DNA of 37,979 nt, taken from sequence record SRR22947725_2342; one strand, written 5' to 3'. The notes under the pieces are model-generated. The model was not told the origin of the DNA. It searched no databases and was given only the letters and a program-made list of their open reading frames with translations. Within the stretch, counting starts at the first letter, position 1; every line of letters starts with the position of its first letter. This document shows positions 23,954 through 34,449 of the stretch, in pieces. The position numbers and the translations under genes are program-made.

Positions 23954-25377
23954 TCCCAAAGAGCGCTGTCAAAACCATGACCCTAAGGATGTTGCCTTTC
24001 GCCGATGCGGCCAGCGATGAGCTGCCGCTCGGGCAATTGTTGCGTCTATCCTTGTTTCAAATTTCCGTGGGCATGGCAGCGGTGATGTTGCTGGGCACTT
24101 TAAATCGGGTGATGATCGTTGAGCTGTCAGTGCCGGCCTTTATCGTGGCGACCATGATTGCCATTCCCGTGCTGATTGCCCCTTTCCGTGCGCTTCTTGG
24201 GTTTAAGTCTGACAATTACCGCTCCGCCATTGGTTGGAAACGCGTGCCCTATTTGTGGTTTGGCAGCCTCTGGCAGTTTGGTGGCCTGGCAATTATGCCG
24301 ATGGCCCTTTTGGTCTTGGCCGGAGATTCTGCGATTGATGCGGGTATTTTCGGCGAGATTGCCGCTGCGCTGGCCTTTTTGTTGACCGGGCTTGGGATGC
24401 ATATGACGCAAACAGCAGGTCTGGCTTTGGCCGCTGATCGGGCAACGGAACAGACCCGCGCAAAAGTCGTCTCAATGCTCTACGTCATGTATCTTGTGGG
24501 CATGGGGATTTCAGCGGTCATCATTGGCACATTGTTGCGTGATTATTCCTCGCTTTTGTTGGTTCAAGTGGTGCAAGGCGCGGCGGTGTTCACCATGGTT
24601 TTAAATGTTATTGCTCTTTGGAAGCAGGAAAAAATGGCGCCGATGAGCCAGGCGGCGCGCCAAGCGCCAAAGGCGAGTTTTCATGCCGCCTGGGCGGATT
24701 TCACCGGTCAAGCGACGGTGCGCCGGTTAATTTTCACGATTTTCGCCGGCACGGTTGCCTTTAACATGCAAGATGTGCTGCTCGAACCCTACGGGGGCGA
24801 AATTCTTGGCCTTTCAGTTTCCGCGACAACGCAACTAACGGCCATGTGGTCTTTGGGCGCGTTGATCGGTTTGGGCCTATCGGCGCGCTGGCTGTCGCGA
24901 TCAATTGATCCCATTCGCCTTGCGGGACGCGGGGTTGTTGTTGGCATCTTTGCTTTTGCGGCGGTTCTTTTGTCCTCCGTTTTTGGCTCGCCAATATTAT
25001 TTTTCTCAGGCGCCTTTTTGATTGGGCTGGGTGGCGGCACCTTTGCTGTGGCGACTTTGACTGCAGCTATGACCATAAATGTGCTTGGAGCCGCTGGGCG
25101 TGGATTGGCGCTGGGCGTTTGGGGCGCGGCCCAGGCCACAGGCGCAGGCCTGTCCATTTTCTTAGGCGGCGCAATTCGTGATATGATCACACAAGCCGCG
25201 CATAGCGGCATTTTAGGCGATGTCCTCAACACCCCGGTTGTAGGGTATTCGGTCGTCTATCAAATTGAGATCGCTCTACTTTTCATCACCCTCATCGCCC
25301 TTGGCCCCATCCTACGGACCAAAGGCATCAGTGCAAACACACCGCAGCGCTTAGAGCTGACGGATTTTCCGACTTGA
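23950..25377 (+). CDS. lhaA: LH1 assembly protein LhaA (PucC family)
   Basis: LPFADAASDELPLGQLLRLSLFQ, GTLNRVMIVEL, QDVLLEPYGG; lies between bchM and puhA. Confidence 0.92.
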   Translation: MIPKSAVKTMTLRMLPFADAASDELPLGQLLRLSLFQISVGMAAVMLLGTLNRVMIVELSVPAFIVATMIAIPVLIAPFRALLGFKSDNYRSAIGWKRVPYLWFGSLWQFGGLAIMPMALLVLAGDSAIDAGIFGEIAAALAFLLTGLGMHMTQTAGLALAADRATEQTRAKVVSMLYVMYLVGMGISAVIIGTLLRDYSSLLLVQVVQGAAVFTMVLNVIALWKQEKMAPMSQAARQAPKASFHAAWADFTGQATVRRLIFTIFAGTVAFNMQDVLLEPYGGEILGLSVSATTQLTAMWSLGALIGLGLSARWLSRSIDPIRLAGRGVVVGIFAFAAVLLSSVFGSPILFFSGAFLIGLGGGTFAVATLTAAMTINVLGAAGRGLALGVWGAAQATGAGLSIFLGGAIRDMITQAAHSGILGDVLNTPVVGYSVVYQIEIALLFITLIALGPILRTKGISANTPQRLELTDFPT

Positions 25378-25395
25378 TAGTCAAAGGAGACGACC

Positions 25396-26169
25396 ATGGT
25401 AGGCAATGAATTTTTCGGTAATTTTGATCTCGCAAGCGCTGCGATCTGGATGTTCTGGATCTTTTTTGCTTTGCTTGTTTATTATCTTCAAACAGAGAAC
25501 ATGCGCGAAGGATATCCGCTGGAGGCCGATGATCCCTCTGGATCTGCCCATCGCGGCCTCTTCCCGCTGCCCGGTGACAAGACGTTTCATCTGCCCCATG
25601 GGCGTGGTGATGTGACGGTTCCCTCCGGTCAGCGCGGTGATCGCGCAAAATTGGCGCTTGAGGCTACGTCTGATGCGACCGGCTCGCCTTTTGTGCCGAC
25701 GGGCGATCCGATGCTTGCGGGTGTTGGGCCAGGTGCATGGGCCCCGCGGCAGGATCATGCAGAGCTGGATGCCCATGGGCATGCCAAGATCAAGCCTATG
25801 TCACAGCTCGATGATTTCCACGTGTCGGCGGGCCGCGATCCACGGGGCAAACCTGTGGTGGCCGGCGACGGTGAGGTGATCGGCCGTATCAATGATATGT
25901 GGATTGATGTGCCAGAACAGATGGTGCGCTACTTGACTGTGGATCTCAATCCAGAGGGCACGGGCCAGACCCGTCTGATCCCAATCAATTTTTGCAAAAT
26001 TAACGATGACCGGGTGACGGTTCGTTCGATCTATGGCGCAAATTTTGCAGCTGTGCCGCAGCATAAGGCGGCTTCAGAAATCACCTTGCTCGAGGAAGAG
26101 AAAATTATGGCCTATTACGGCGGCGGCACACTTTATGCCGATCCCGCACGTTCCGAGCCAAAACTGTAA
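25396..26169 (+). CDS. puhA: Photosynthetic reaction centre H subunit
   Basis: FGNFDLAS, single TM helix, ENMREGYPL, PTGDPM, ITLLEEEKIMAYYGGG; SD AAGGAG. Confidence 0.97.
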   Translation: MVGNEFFGNFDLASAAIWMFWIFFALLVYYLQTENMREGYPLEADDPSGSAHRGLFPLPGDKTFHLPHGRGDVTVPSGQRGDRAKLALEATSDATGSPFVPTGDPMLAGVGPGAWAPRQDHAELDAHGHAKIKPMSQLDDFHVSAGRDPRGKPVVAGDGEVIGRINDMWIDVPEQMVRYLTVDLNPEGTGQTRLIPINFCKINDDRVTVRSIYGANFAAVPQHKAASEITLLEEEKIMAYYGGGTLYADPARSEPKL

Positions 26170-26175
26170 AGGACC

Positions 26176-26205
26176 AACGCTGGGCCGCAGCCACGGCCCA
26201 GCGTT
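26176..26205 (+). other. Intercistronic 12-bp stem-loop after puhA
   Basis: AACGCTGGGCCG-CAGCCA-CGGCCCAGCGTT, perfect stem, no U tract. Confidence 0.75.
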
Positions 26206-26227
26206 CAGACGATAGGGGACTTAAGAT

Positions 26228-26866
26228 ATGAGCCACGACGATTTTAATTTCGAACCGATCCGCGGATTGCCGGAAGCATTGCCCGCAGATGAATATATCC
26301 TCTGGCAAGGCCGGCCTAATAGCTTGCGGCTGGCCAAGGATGCTTGGAGCCTCAACTGGGTGATTGGGTATTTTATCGCCCTGGCGGTAATCCGCGTTAT
26401 CTCCGTATCCGATATGATGAGCCTGACATCGGCCATGGCACAGGGCATTCCATTTCTCGTGGCCGGCGCGTTGACGGCCTTAATCTTATTTGGGGTGGCA
26501 ACAGTGCAAGCTCGAAGCACCGTTTATACGCTCACCAATAAACGCGCCTGTCTGCGCATCGGTGCGGCGCTGACCATGACATTGAACCTGCCCTATGTGT
26601 GTATTGGAAATGCACAAGTGGCTCTGCGCAAGTCGGGTTTGGGCACTATCACCTTTGAGCTCATCGGTGAGACTCGCCTGTCATATCTGATGACCTGGCC
26701 GCATGTGCGCCCATGGTACATGAGCCGCACCCAACCGGCCTTTCGCTCCATACCAGATGCTGAGCGCGTTGCGGCCCTCTTTGCCGAGGCCGCAGAGACG
26801 CGGGTGTCGATGCCCAAGGTCACTCAGCGCGACTATTCCAAAACTGACAGCATTGCTGCGGAGTAA
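26228..26866 (+). CDS. puhB: Photosynthetic complex assembly protein PuhB
   Basis: MSHDDFNFEPIRGLPEALP, YTLTNKR, WPHVRPW; synteny. Confidence 0.93.
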   Translation: MSHDDFNFEPIRGLPEALPADEYILWQGRPNSLRLAKDAWSLNWVIGYFIALAVIRVISVSDMMSLTSAMAQGIPFLVAGALTALILFGVATVQARSTVYTLTNKRACLRIGAALTMTLNLPYVCIGNAQVALRKSGLGTITFELIGETRLSYLMTWPHVRPWYMSRTQPAFRSIPDAERVAALFAEAAETRVSMPKVTQRDYSKTDSIAAE

Positions 26867-26871
26867 AGCTC

Positions 26872-27339
26872 ATGCCCACCACCAACTCACTTGCCGCTCA
26901 AATGAAACACCGAGACCGGGACATGGTGCCCAAGGTCTTGGTTCAAGCGATGTTCACCTTGATGATCGCCGCGGTCCTTCTGGTCGCCTACGCCCGCCTT
27001 ACGGATCGGCCGGTCATTGGTGTGGCACCGCACAGCGATATCGTGGCGGAGCTTGAGATCACTTTGGTGGGCAACCGGAGCGATGGGATCGCGGTTTTGG
27101 ATGCAGATGGCAGACAAATTGCCCATTCCAACGATCATAAAGCCGGCTTCATCGACGTGATTTGGGTCACCACCACGCGCGAACGCATTGTGCATGATAC
27201 AGATACGCAAGCGCCGTTGCGCTTGGTTCGGCGGGAAAATGGGCATGTGGCCATTCTCGACGACACAACCGGCTGGTCGATCGAGTTGATCGGATATGGC
27301 CAAGACAATGTCGCAGCTTTCGCCAAGCTGATCGACTGA
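26872..27339 (+). CDS. puhC: Photosynthetic complex assembly protein PuhC
   Basis: Single TM helix, GFIDV, C-terminal TGWSIELIGYGQDNVAAFAKL; synteny. Confidence 0.92.
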   Translation: MPTTNSLAAQMKHRDRDMVPKVLVQAMFTLMIAAVLLVAYARLTDRPVIGVAPHSDIVAELEITLVGNRSDGIAVLDADGRQIAHSNDHKAGFIDVIWVTTTRERIVHDTDTQAPLRLVRRENGHVAILDDTTGWSIELIGYGQDNVAAFAKLID

Positions 27340-27355
27340 ACCAAGGGGACAGCAG

Positions 27356-27652
27356 ATGGGATTATTTAGAAGATCAAAAGAGACCGCACCCTGTACGGTG
27401 ACGATTTCACATCGGTTTGAGGAACTTTCCGCTCATGTGAAATTCAACAATGGTGCCGTGGTGCATCCAGGAGACAGCGTTCAAGTGGAGGGGCCGGAAA
27501 TCATGGCGCCCTATGGCGTCTGTGTTGAAGAGCAACGCATGGCCACGATCACCCGCGCCTCAAAAATTGAACGGCTTTGGACGCGCTCGACGGGCGATTT
27601 CGAATTCATGGAGCTGTGCGAATTTTCCTTTTCGGAGGGAGTTTTGTCATGA
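27356..27652 (+). CDS. Conserved small photosynthesis-cluster protein between puhC and acsF
   Basis: CTVTISHRFEELSAHV...VHPGDSV...FMELCEFSFS; SD AGGGG; ATGA overlap with acsF. Confidence 0.85.
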   Translation: MGLFRRSKETAPCTVTISHRFEELSAHVKFNNGAVVHPGDSVQVEGPEIMAPYGVCVEEQRMATITRASKIERLWTRSTGDFEFMELCEFSFSEGVLS

Positions 27653-28776
27653 ATGCGCCAACACATTCCGCTTTTGCCAATACTGCCGAAGAGGCGATTG
27701 CCGCCCAAGATGCGCTTGATGATCCAATGACATCTGAAAAAGCGACAGAGGTGGCGATGCAAAACACGTTGCTCACCCCGCGCTTTTACACCACTGATTT
27801 TGCCGAAATGGACGCGATTGATGTCACCCCGGTGCGTGAAGATTGGGACCGCTTAATTGCGCAAATGAAATCTGATCCGAATAAGGGGCATTTCAAAAAG
27901 AATGAAGATTGGGACAATGTTGATTGGGAGGGGATGGAGCCTGCGCTGAAAGCAGAGTTCATCGATTTTCTGATTTCATCCTGCACCGCAGAATTTTCTG
28001 GCTGTGTTTTGTACAAAGAGATGAAGCGTCGCGGGTCGAATGAAGACATCACAACCCTGTTTCAATTGATGGCACGGGATGAGGCGCGCCATGCTGGATT
28101 TATCAATGATGCGCTGCGCGAAGCGGGTGTTCGGGTGAATTTGGGCTTTTTGACTCAGCAAAAGAAATACACCTATTTCCGCCCGAAATTTATCTACTAC
28201 GCCACCTATCTGTCAGAGAAGATTGGCTATGCCCGCTATATCACCATATACCGGCACCTCGAAGAGAACCCGGAACTGCGGTTTCATCCCATTTTCAAAT
28301 GGTTCCGCGAGTGGTGCAATGATGAGTTTAGCCATGGGGAAGCCTTTGCGCTTTTGATGAAATCTGATCCGAAACTGACCGAAAGTTTTGGCAATAAACT
28401 GTGGATTAAGTTTTTCCTCACAGCGGTTTATTCCACCATGTGGGTGCGTGACCACCAGCGGCCTCTGTTTCATGAGGCTCTTGGCGTCGATGTTACCTGG
28501 TACGGCCAAGAGGTGTTTCGGAAAACCTCCGAGATATCAAAACAAATTTTTCCAATGACATTGGATATTGATCACCCTCGGTGGCGCAAAAACCTCGATC
28601 GGATGGAAGCGGCATCTCGGCAAATTGCCGCCGCAAAAGCCCGCGGGGGCTTGGGGGGCATGATGAGCCGGTTGGGCGGCATGGCGAAGGCGGCGACAGC
28701 TTTTGTCTTGGTGTTCACCATCCCGGCCAAGACCCATAGCGTTCCAACCAGCACGCGTATGGAGCCGACCTACTGA
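27649..28776 (+). CDS. acsF: Aerobic Mg-protoporphyrin IX monomethyl ester oxidative cyclase
   Basis: LLTPRFYTTDF, SCTAEFSGCVLYKE, di-iron DEARH and DEFSH motifs; ATG 27649 with SD GGAGGG. Confidence 0.97.
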   Translation: MNAPTHSAFANTAEEAIAAQDALDDPMTSEKATEVAMQNTLLTPRFYTTDFAEMDAIDVTPVREDWDRLIAQMKSDPNKGHFKKNEDWDNVDWEGMEPALKAEFIDFLISSCTAEFSGCVLYKEMKRRGSNEDITTLFQLMARDEARHAGFINDALREAGVRVNLGFLTQQKKYTYFRPKFIYYATYLSEKIGYARYITIYRHLEENPELRFHPIFKWFREWCNDEFSHGEAFALLMKSDPKLTESFGNKLWIKFFLTAVYSTMWVRDHQRPLFHEALGVDVTWYGQEVFRKTSEISKQIFPMTLDIDHPRWRKNLDRMEAASRQIAAAKARGGLGGMMSRLGGMAKAATAFVLVFTIPAKTHSVPTSTRMEPTY

Positions 28777-29582
28777 TGCTCGGCTCGCCCTGGATAGCAG
28801 CGCTCATCGCAATTTTTTCCTGGTGGTTTTTCACTGGGATTATTTTGCTGATTGTGCGGCGCAAAGACGTGGCTGGGGCAACGGCTCATGGGGCCTCTGT
28901 CGTTTTGGGCGTGCCGCTGTTGGCTCTAGGGATCTTTGGCGCGGTGATCTCGTCAGCTTCGTTGAGCGTGGCAAATATCTATCTGGCATTTTTCTCAGTC
29001 TTGCTCATATGGGGCTGGATTGAGCTGGCCTTTCTGTCCGGGGTCATCACCGGACCGTTGCGGGATTCTTGCCCCAAGTCGCTTCGGGGCTGGGCCAGAT
29101 TTCGCAGAGCCTGGCAGACCGTCAGCCACCACGAAGCCCTTTTGCTCTGCGGCCTGATTCTCATGGCCGTCATCGCGCTTGATGCTGCAAACCCGCTCGG
29201 CTTTTGGGCCTATTTCATCCTTTTTGCAGCGCGCATCTCGGCCAAACTCAATTTGTTTTTTGGCGTGCCGCGTATCAATCTTGAATTCATTCCCCAACCG
29301 CTGCTGCACCTCTCTTCTTACTTCAAGCAAGGCCCGGTGACCGTGGTTTTTGGCCTTGGAGTAACTGGGCTTAGTCTGGTCACTGCGGCCCTGGGTTTAG
29401 CGCTTTTTTCAGCGAGTACTGTGGAGGCACAAATTGGACATGCGCTGCTCTTCGCACTTTGTGCATTGGCCACGCTGGAACATTGGTTGATGGTCATTCC
29501 ATTGCCTGATGCAAAGCTTTGGCGCTGGATGCTTCCCACACTTTCTACGAACACTAAGACAGGACAATCCCATGAACTTTAA
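28776..29582 (+). CDS. puhE: Photosynthetic complex assembly protein PuhE
   Basis: [30 protein letters not shown]; multiple TM helices; synteny. Confidence 0.93.
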   Translation: MLGSPWIAALIAIFSWWFFTGIILLIVRRKDVAGATAHGASVVLGVPLLALGIFGAVISSASLSVANIYLAFFSVLLIWGWIELAFLSGVITGPLRDSCPKSLRGWARFRRAWQTVSHHEALLLCGLILMAVIALDAANPLGFWAYFILFAARISAKLNLFFGVPRINLEFIPQPLLHLSSYFKQGPVTVVFGLGVTGLSLVTAALGLALFSASTVEAQIGHALLFALCALATLEHWLMVIPLPDAKLWRWMLPTLSTNTKTGQSHEL

Positions 29583-30786
29583 TGCGCTCTTTCAAGCTCA
29601 AATCGACACGCTGAAATCCGAAGGCAACTATCGCTATTTTGCTGAATTAGAGCGTAAATGTGGTAAATTTCCCCATGCGGCAAGTCACCACGATGGCAAG
29701 GTGCAAGATGTAACGGTTTGGTGCTCCAATGATTACCTAGGCATGGGGCAAAATCCGGTGGTGATTGAGGCTATGTGTGAGGCAGTCACCCGCAGCGGCA
29801 CCGGGGCGGGCGGCACGCGCAATATTTCAGGGACAAATCATGATCACCTCTTGCTTGAGCGGGAATTGGCAGATTTGCACAACAAAGAAGCTGCCTTACT
29901 GTTCACCTCTGGCTATGTCTCCAATTGGGCCGCTTTGAGCACGCTGGGCAGTCGACTGGAAGGCTGTATCATTCTCAGCGATTCTGGCAATCACGCCTCC
30001 ATGATTGAAGGCATTCGTCATTCGCGCGCTCAAAAGGTTATTTGGAACCATAATGATGTGAAAGATTTGGAGGCGAAATTGGCGGCGCTTCCGGTGGATG
30101 CGCCAAAAATTGTGGCCTTTGAGTCGGTCTATTCGATGGATGGGGACATCGCCCCGATACGCCAGATTGTTGAAGTGGCCGAGAAATACGGCGCAATGAC
30201 CTATCTTGATGAGGTTCATGCGGTTGGGCTTTACGGACCACGGGGCGGCGGTATTGCTGAGCAAGAAGGGCTGATGGATCGGATTACATTGATCGAGGGC
30301 ACCTTGGGCAAAGCCTATGGCGTTGTTGGGGGATATATCACCGGATCCTCTGTTCTGTGCGATTTCATTCGCAGCTTCGCTTCTGGTTTTATCTTTACGA
30401 CAGCTTTGCCACCGGCCGTCGCGGCAGCGGCGCGGGTGTCCATCATGCATTTGAAAACATCCGACAGTGAGCGCCAACGGCAACGGCAACAGGTCGCGAA
30501 ACTGCGCGCGGGATTGAATCGCGCGGGCATTCCGCATTTGGAAAACCAAAGTCACATCGTGCCGGTGATGATCAAAGATCCGGTGAAGACCAAAATGCTT
30601 GCGGATTATTTGATGGATGAATGGGGCATCTACGTGCAGCCGATTAACTATCCAACGGTTCCAAAAGGCACGGAACGTTTACGCTTCACCCCATCACCAC
30701 TGCATTCGGACGCTGATATTGCCTATTTGGTTGAGGCGCTTGAATCTTTATGGAAGCAATGTGCCATTGCCCATGCGGTCGCCTAA
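29572..30786 (+). CDS. hemA: 5-aminolevulinate synthase (Shemin pathway)
   Basis: [34 protein letters not shown] (PLP Lys), INYPTVP. Confidence 0.97.
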   Translation: MNFNALFQAQIDTLKSEGNYRYFAELERKCGKFPHAASHHDGKVQDVTVWCSNDYLGMGQNPVVIEAMCEAVTRSGTGAGGTRNISGTNHDHLLLERELADLHNKEAALLFTSGYVSNWAALSTLGSRLEGCIILSDSGNHASMIEGIRHSRAQKVIWNHNDVKDLEAKLAALPVDAPKIVAFESVYSMDGDIAPIRQIVEVAEKYGAMTYLDEVHAVGLYGPRGGGIAEQEGLMDRITLIEGTLGKAYGVVGGYITGSSVLCDFIRSFASGFIFTTALPPAVAAAARVSIMHLKTSDSERQRQRQQVAKLRAGLNRAGIPHLENQSHIVPVMIKDPVKTKMLADYLMDEWGIYVQPINYPTVPKGTERLRFTPSPLHSDADIAYLVEALESLWKQCAIAHAVA

Positions 30787-31742
30787 AAGACCGAGTGGTC
30801 TCCCCGGGGGATGGCGGCGCCTGAGCGCATGATCTCTGCGTAGTGATCAAACAGATGTTCCGTTCCGGTTGAACTCGTGAGCTCCGCTGAATAGCCCCTC
30901 TGTGCACCTTGCCAGATCAGCATTGATTCTGTTGCGTAATACAGCCCTATTTCGGCGAGATCCGCCTTGCGTCGCGCGGCCGGGATCAAGACACCGACCA
31001 GGCGCAATCCACCGCAGATGATGCGCAATAGGGCAACTGGCACCCGGCGCAGTTTCACAGGTCGCCCGAGCAAACCAAACAGGGCTTGGGCCTGATCGCG
31101 CGGTGTGATGGCAGGGCCGGGGCCGCCGATGGGCAAAATCTTATTGTGCTTGGCCGGGTTGGCGATGCAATCGACCATGAAATTGCCCAGATCATCATCG
31201 CTGATTGGTTTGCAGGCGGTGAGTTCACCGTTCCCAAAGACCAAAAATGCCTTGCCAGCGCGCAGACGCGGAATCTGACCGGAAAGAGATTTAAAAAAAG
31301 CTGTGGGCCGCACGATGGAATAGGTGAGCCCCGAGGCGATCAATGCTTTTTCGAAGGCCAATTTGGCGAATTGAAATGGCAACTTTGGTTTTTGGACGCA
31401 TATTGCGGAGAGCAAAATAAATTGCGGTACAGCTAATCTTTGCGCCACGTCTAGAATGTTCATCTGCGCCGCGTGGTCAATTGCCCAGGCATCTTCTCGG
31501 CCGCCATTGCGGGAGGCAACGCAGGAGATGACCGCGTCGAATTGGCCTAGTATATGAGGCATCGGCTGGGTGATATCGGCATATAGAGGCTGTGCTGGCT
31601 GCGGTGGGGTCTGGCCGGCGCGCAGAACGCAGGTGACCACATATCCCGCCCGATGCAGCGCGCGGCACACCCCTTGTCCTGCGGTTCCTGTCGCGCCGAA
31701 AAGTAAGACGCTTGCTGTGGGGTTAACTCTCTCGCCAGTCAA
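30783..31742 (-). CDS. bciA: NAD(P)H-dependent divinyl chlorophyllide 8-vinyl reductase
   Basis: GATGTAG Rossmann motif, [38 protein letters not shown]. Probable TTG start at 31742 after AGGGG, overlapping the end of hemC. Confidence 0.88.
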   Translation of the reverse strand: MTGERVNPTASVLLFGATGTAGQGVCRALHRAGYVVTCVLRAGQTPPQPAQPLYADITQPMPHILGQFDAVISCVASRNGGREDAWAIDHAAQMNILDVAQRLAVPQFILLSAICVQKPKLPFQFAKLAFEKALIASGLTYSIVRPTAFFKSLSGQIPRLRAGKAFLVFGNGELTACKPISDDDLGNFMVDCIANPAKHNKILPIGGPGPAITPRDQAQALFGLLGRPVKLRRVPVALLRIICGGLRLVGVLIPAARRKADLAEIGLYYATESMLIWQGAQRGYSAELTSSTGTEHLFDHYAEIMRSGAAIPRGDHSVF

Positions 31743-32673
31743 AGAATCCCCTACCTGCTTGCTCAAGGAGCTTTGCGGCCATTTCTTTCCCGGCTTGCGC
31801 GCCATCTTCGATTGGCACGACCATATCATCATGAATGGCATCGGAGCCATCGGGCCGAAGCACTTCGCCGCGCAGTCTCATTGTGCTGCCTTGAAGTTCA
31901 GAAAGCCCGGCAATTGGCGTTTCACAAGAGCCATCCAACGCTGCGAGAAAGGCGCGTTCTGCGGCCAAACGCTGTCCGGTCTCACGGTCATGAATGGCTG
32001 CGAGCATATCGGCCATGCGCCCGTCATTGATGCGTCGTTCAATACCAATGGCCCCCTGCGCCACGGCGGGCAACATGTCGTCCACTTCAATCGCTTGGCG
32101 GGGCACCTCATCCATGTTCAATCGCTTTAGTCCAGCCATGGCCAGAAAGGTTGCCTCAGCCACTTGGTTTTCAAGCTTCTTGAGCCGCGTTTGCAAGTTG
32201 CCCCGAAATTCCACGACCTGTAGATCTGGGCGCCGTAATTTGAGTTGCGCCTGGCGTCTCAGGCTTGAGGTCCCCACCACCGCACCGGGTGACAAATCGC
32301 TCAATGCGCCGCCTGACAGGGAGATAAACGCATCGCGCACATCCTCGCGTGGCAAATAGGTGTCCAAAACCAGGCCATCGGGTTGCAGGACGGGCATATC
32401 TTTCATGGAATGCACGGCGATGTCGATGGATCCATCCAGCATGGCTTGCTCTATTTCGCGGGTAAATAGACCTTTGCCGCCAATTTCTTTTAACGGACGA
32501 TCGGTGACGCGATCCCCCGTGGTCATGATGACGACAATCTCAAAGGCTTCGAAGGGCAAATCGAAAGCCTTGGCCAGTCGTGCGCGTGTTTCATAGGCCT
32601 GTGCCAGCGCCAAGGGAGAGCCTCGGGTGCCGATATTGAGCGGGGTCTTCGGAGTGGGTAATGTATAAGTCAT
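31723..32673 (-). CDS. hemC: Hydroxymethylbilane synthase (porphobilinogen deaminase)
   Basis: IGTRGSPLALAQ, GGKGLFTREIE, VHSMKD, GTSSLRR, LDGSCETPI. Confidence 0.97.
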   Translation of the reverse strand: MTYTLPTPKTPLNIGTRGSPLALAQAYETRARLAKAFDLPFEAFEIVVIMTTGDRVTDRPLKEIGGKGLFTREIEQAMLDGSIDIAVHSMKDMPVLQPDGLVLDTYLPREDVRDAFISLSGGALSDLSPGAVVGTSSLRRQAQLKLRRPDLQVVEFRGNLQTRLKKLENQVAEATFLAMAGLKRLNMDEVPRQAIEVDDMLPAVAQGAIGIERRINDGRMADMLAAIHDRETGQRLAAERAFLAALDGSCETPIAGLSELQGSTMRLRGEVLRPDGSDAIHDDMVVPIEDGAQAGKEMAAKLLEQAGRGFFDWRES

Positions 32674-32689
32674 GTCCTATCCCTAAACA

Positions 32690-32707
32690 TGTAAACTTGG
32701 CCTGACA
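32690..32707. promoter_or_regulatory. PpsR box in the hemC/hemE divergent region
   Basis: TGT-AAACTTGGCCTG-ACA, exact TGT-N12-ACA. Confidence 0.75.
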
Positions 32708-32770
32708 ACTCTTGCTTCTATGAACTGATGCTGCGCATAATGTTGCAAAGCAATATCTGGGAATAATACA

Positions 32771-33805
32771 ATGACATCAAGGAAAGTAATCTTGCGCGCT
32801 CTGGCAGGAGAAAAACTTCCAACCGCTCCGATTTGGATGATGCGTCAAGCGGGCCGCTATCTTCCCGAGTATCGCGCCACCCGCGCGCAGGCCGGCGATT
32901 TTCTGTCGCTATGCTATAACTCAGAATTGGCAGCAGAGGTCACACTTCAGCCGATTCGGCGCTATGGATTCGATGCTGCAATATTGTTTGCAGATATTTT
33001 GTTGCTGCCGCAGGCGCTGGGCGCAGATCTGTGGTTTGTCACCGGGGAAGGCCCGCGTTTGTCGACAGTGACCACGCAGGAAGATTTCGCAAAACTAAAA
33101 CCGGCAGATGACATTCACGCGCATCTGGCACCGATTTATAAGACTGTGAAAATTTTGTCCGAAGAATTGCCAGAGGCCACAACATTGATTGGATTTGCCG
33201 GGTCACCATGGACTGTGGCAACCTATATGATTGCCGGTCAAGGCACAGCTGACCAAGGACCAGCGCATCGTCTGAAGGCTGAAAACCCTGCTGTTTTTGA
33301 CTCGCTGATTGATTTGATAACTGAAGGCACGATTCACTACCTCAGCGCGCAGATTGAAGCGGGGGCGGAGGTCGTGAAACTCTTTGACAGCTGGGCGGGA
33401 TCGCTTAAGGGCGAAGATTTCATGAAGTATTCCATTGAACCCATGCGCCGTATCACGGCCGCATTAAAGGCCAAATTTCCCGATGTTCCGATTATCGCCT
33501 TCCCGCGAGGTGCTGGCGAGAAATATGCAGGCCTGCATCGCATGATTGGTGCCGATTGCATTGCTTTTGATGATGGTATCGATGCGCAATGGGTTGCGGA
33601 TAATTTGCAACCTGAGGGCTGCGTGCAGGGCAATCTTGCCTCATCCCACATGGTGACAGGCGGCGCTGCCCTGGTTGCTGAAACCAAACGCATCGCGGGC
33701 GCTCTGTCGAAGGGTCCACATATCTTCAATTTAGGTCATGGCATCACCCCGGATGCGGATCCTCAAAACGTCCAATTGATGATTGATACAGTGCGATCCA
33801 TGTAA
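32771..33805 (+). CDS. hemE: Uroporphyrinogen decarboxylase
   Basis: [40 protein letters not shown]. Confidence 0.97.
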   Translation: MTSRKVILRALAGEKLPTAPIWMMRQAGRYLPEYRATRAQAGDFLSLCYNSELAAEVTLQPIRRYGFDAAILFADILLLPQALGADLWFVTGEGPRLSTVTTQEDFAKLKPADDIHAHLAPIYKTVKILSEELPEATTLIGFAGSPWTVATYMIAGQGTADQGPAHRLKAENPAVFDSLIDLITEGTIHYLSAQIEAGAEVVKLFDSWAGSLKGEDFMKYSIEPMRRITAALKAKFPDVPIIAFPRGAGEKYAGLHRMIGADCIAFDDGIDAQWVADNLQPEGCVQGNLASSHMVTGGAALVAETKRIAGALSKGPHIFNLGHGITPDADPQNVQLMIDTVRSM

Positions 33806-33806
33806 C

Positions 33807-33835
33807 AAAAAGGCCCTTCAAATTTTGAAGGGCCT
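33807..33835. terminator. Intrinsic terminator between convergent hemE and cycA
   Basis: AGGCCCTTCAA...TTGAAGGGCCT stem preceded by AAAA, which is a U tract on the cycA strand. Confidence 0.8.
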
Positions 33836-33862
33836 CAAGTCATTCTCAAAGTGTTGGCTCGG

Positions 33863-34297
33863 TTAGTCTGCCACAGACACAAGATAGGCCCAAACATTGG
33901 CCTGATCTTCCGCGTCTTTCAGCTTAAAGGCCATTTTGGATTTCGCTTTTTTGTCGTCCAAATATGATTTTAGAAAATCTTTTGGATCTGCAACATAGGC
34001 GACAAAGTCGGCTTCATTCCAAACCAGGCCTTGCGCACCAGCGGCGACCAAGGATTTGCCATATTTCTTGAAATCAGGATGTACGGCTGCCTGGCGGTCA
34101 TAGATGCCATAAAGGTTCGGCGCGTTTCTGCCGCCTTTGACAATCACTGTTCCATCATCAGCGACGATGGCATGACAGGCTTTGCATTTCTTAAAAACCG
34201 CTTCGCCCGCAGCAGCGTCCCCAGATGCGTGGCCGCCCGCAAGCGCAGGACCGGCTGTCATCAACAGACCCATTAGGGCCATTTTAATTGTTTTCAT
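33863..34297 (-). CDS. cycA: Cytochrome c2 (class I c-type cytochrome)
   Basis: Signal peptide ending ALA, GDAAAGEAVFKKCKACH haem motif, PNLYG, KSKMAFK axial Met; SD AGGAG. Confidence 0.93.
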   Translation of the reverse strand: MKTIKMALMGLLMTAGPALAGGHASGDAAAGEAVFKKCKACHAIVADDGTVIVKGGRNAPNLYGIYDRQAAVHPDFKKYGKSLVAAGAQGLVWNEADFVAYVADPKDFLKSYLDDKKAKSKMAFKLKDAEDQANVWAYLVSVAD

Positions 34298-34394
34298 TCG
34301 TTCTCACTCCTCTGCTTGAACTCTATCTAGCGTGATTTTCATCTGGGTAAAGTCAGTTTGTCGCAAGTAATTTGACAAAACAAAAACCCTTATT

Positions 34395-34412
34395 CGTAAA
34401 TATAACTTTACA
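34395..34412. promoter_or_regulatory. Degenerate PpsR box (cycA/bchG intergenic)
   Basis: CGT-AAATATAACTTT-ACA, one mismatch to TGT-N12-ACA, close to a perfect site. Confidence 0.55.
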
Positions 34413-34429
34413 CTTGATATGGGGCTAAG

Positions 34430-34447
34430 TGTAAGTCTAAAATTACA
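34430..34447. promoter_or_regulatory. PpsR box immediately upstream of bchG
   Basis: TGT-AAGTCTAAAATT-ACA inside the extended palindrome AGTGTAA-N8-TTACACT (34428-34449). Confidence 0.85.
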
Positions 34448-34449
34448 CT

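Noticed and set aside
32673-32689. Second PpsR box at the hemC start
   Set aside because: TGT-N11-ACA, wrong spacing.
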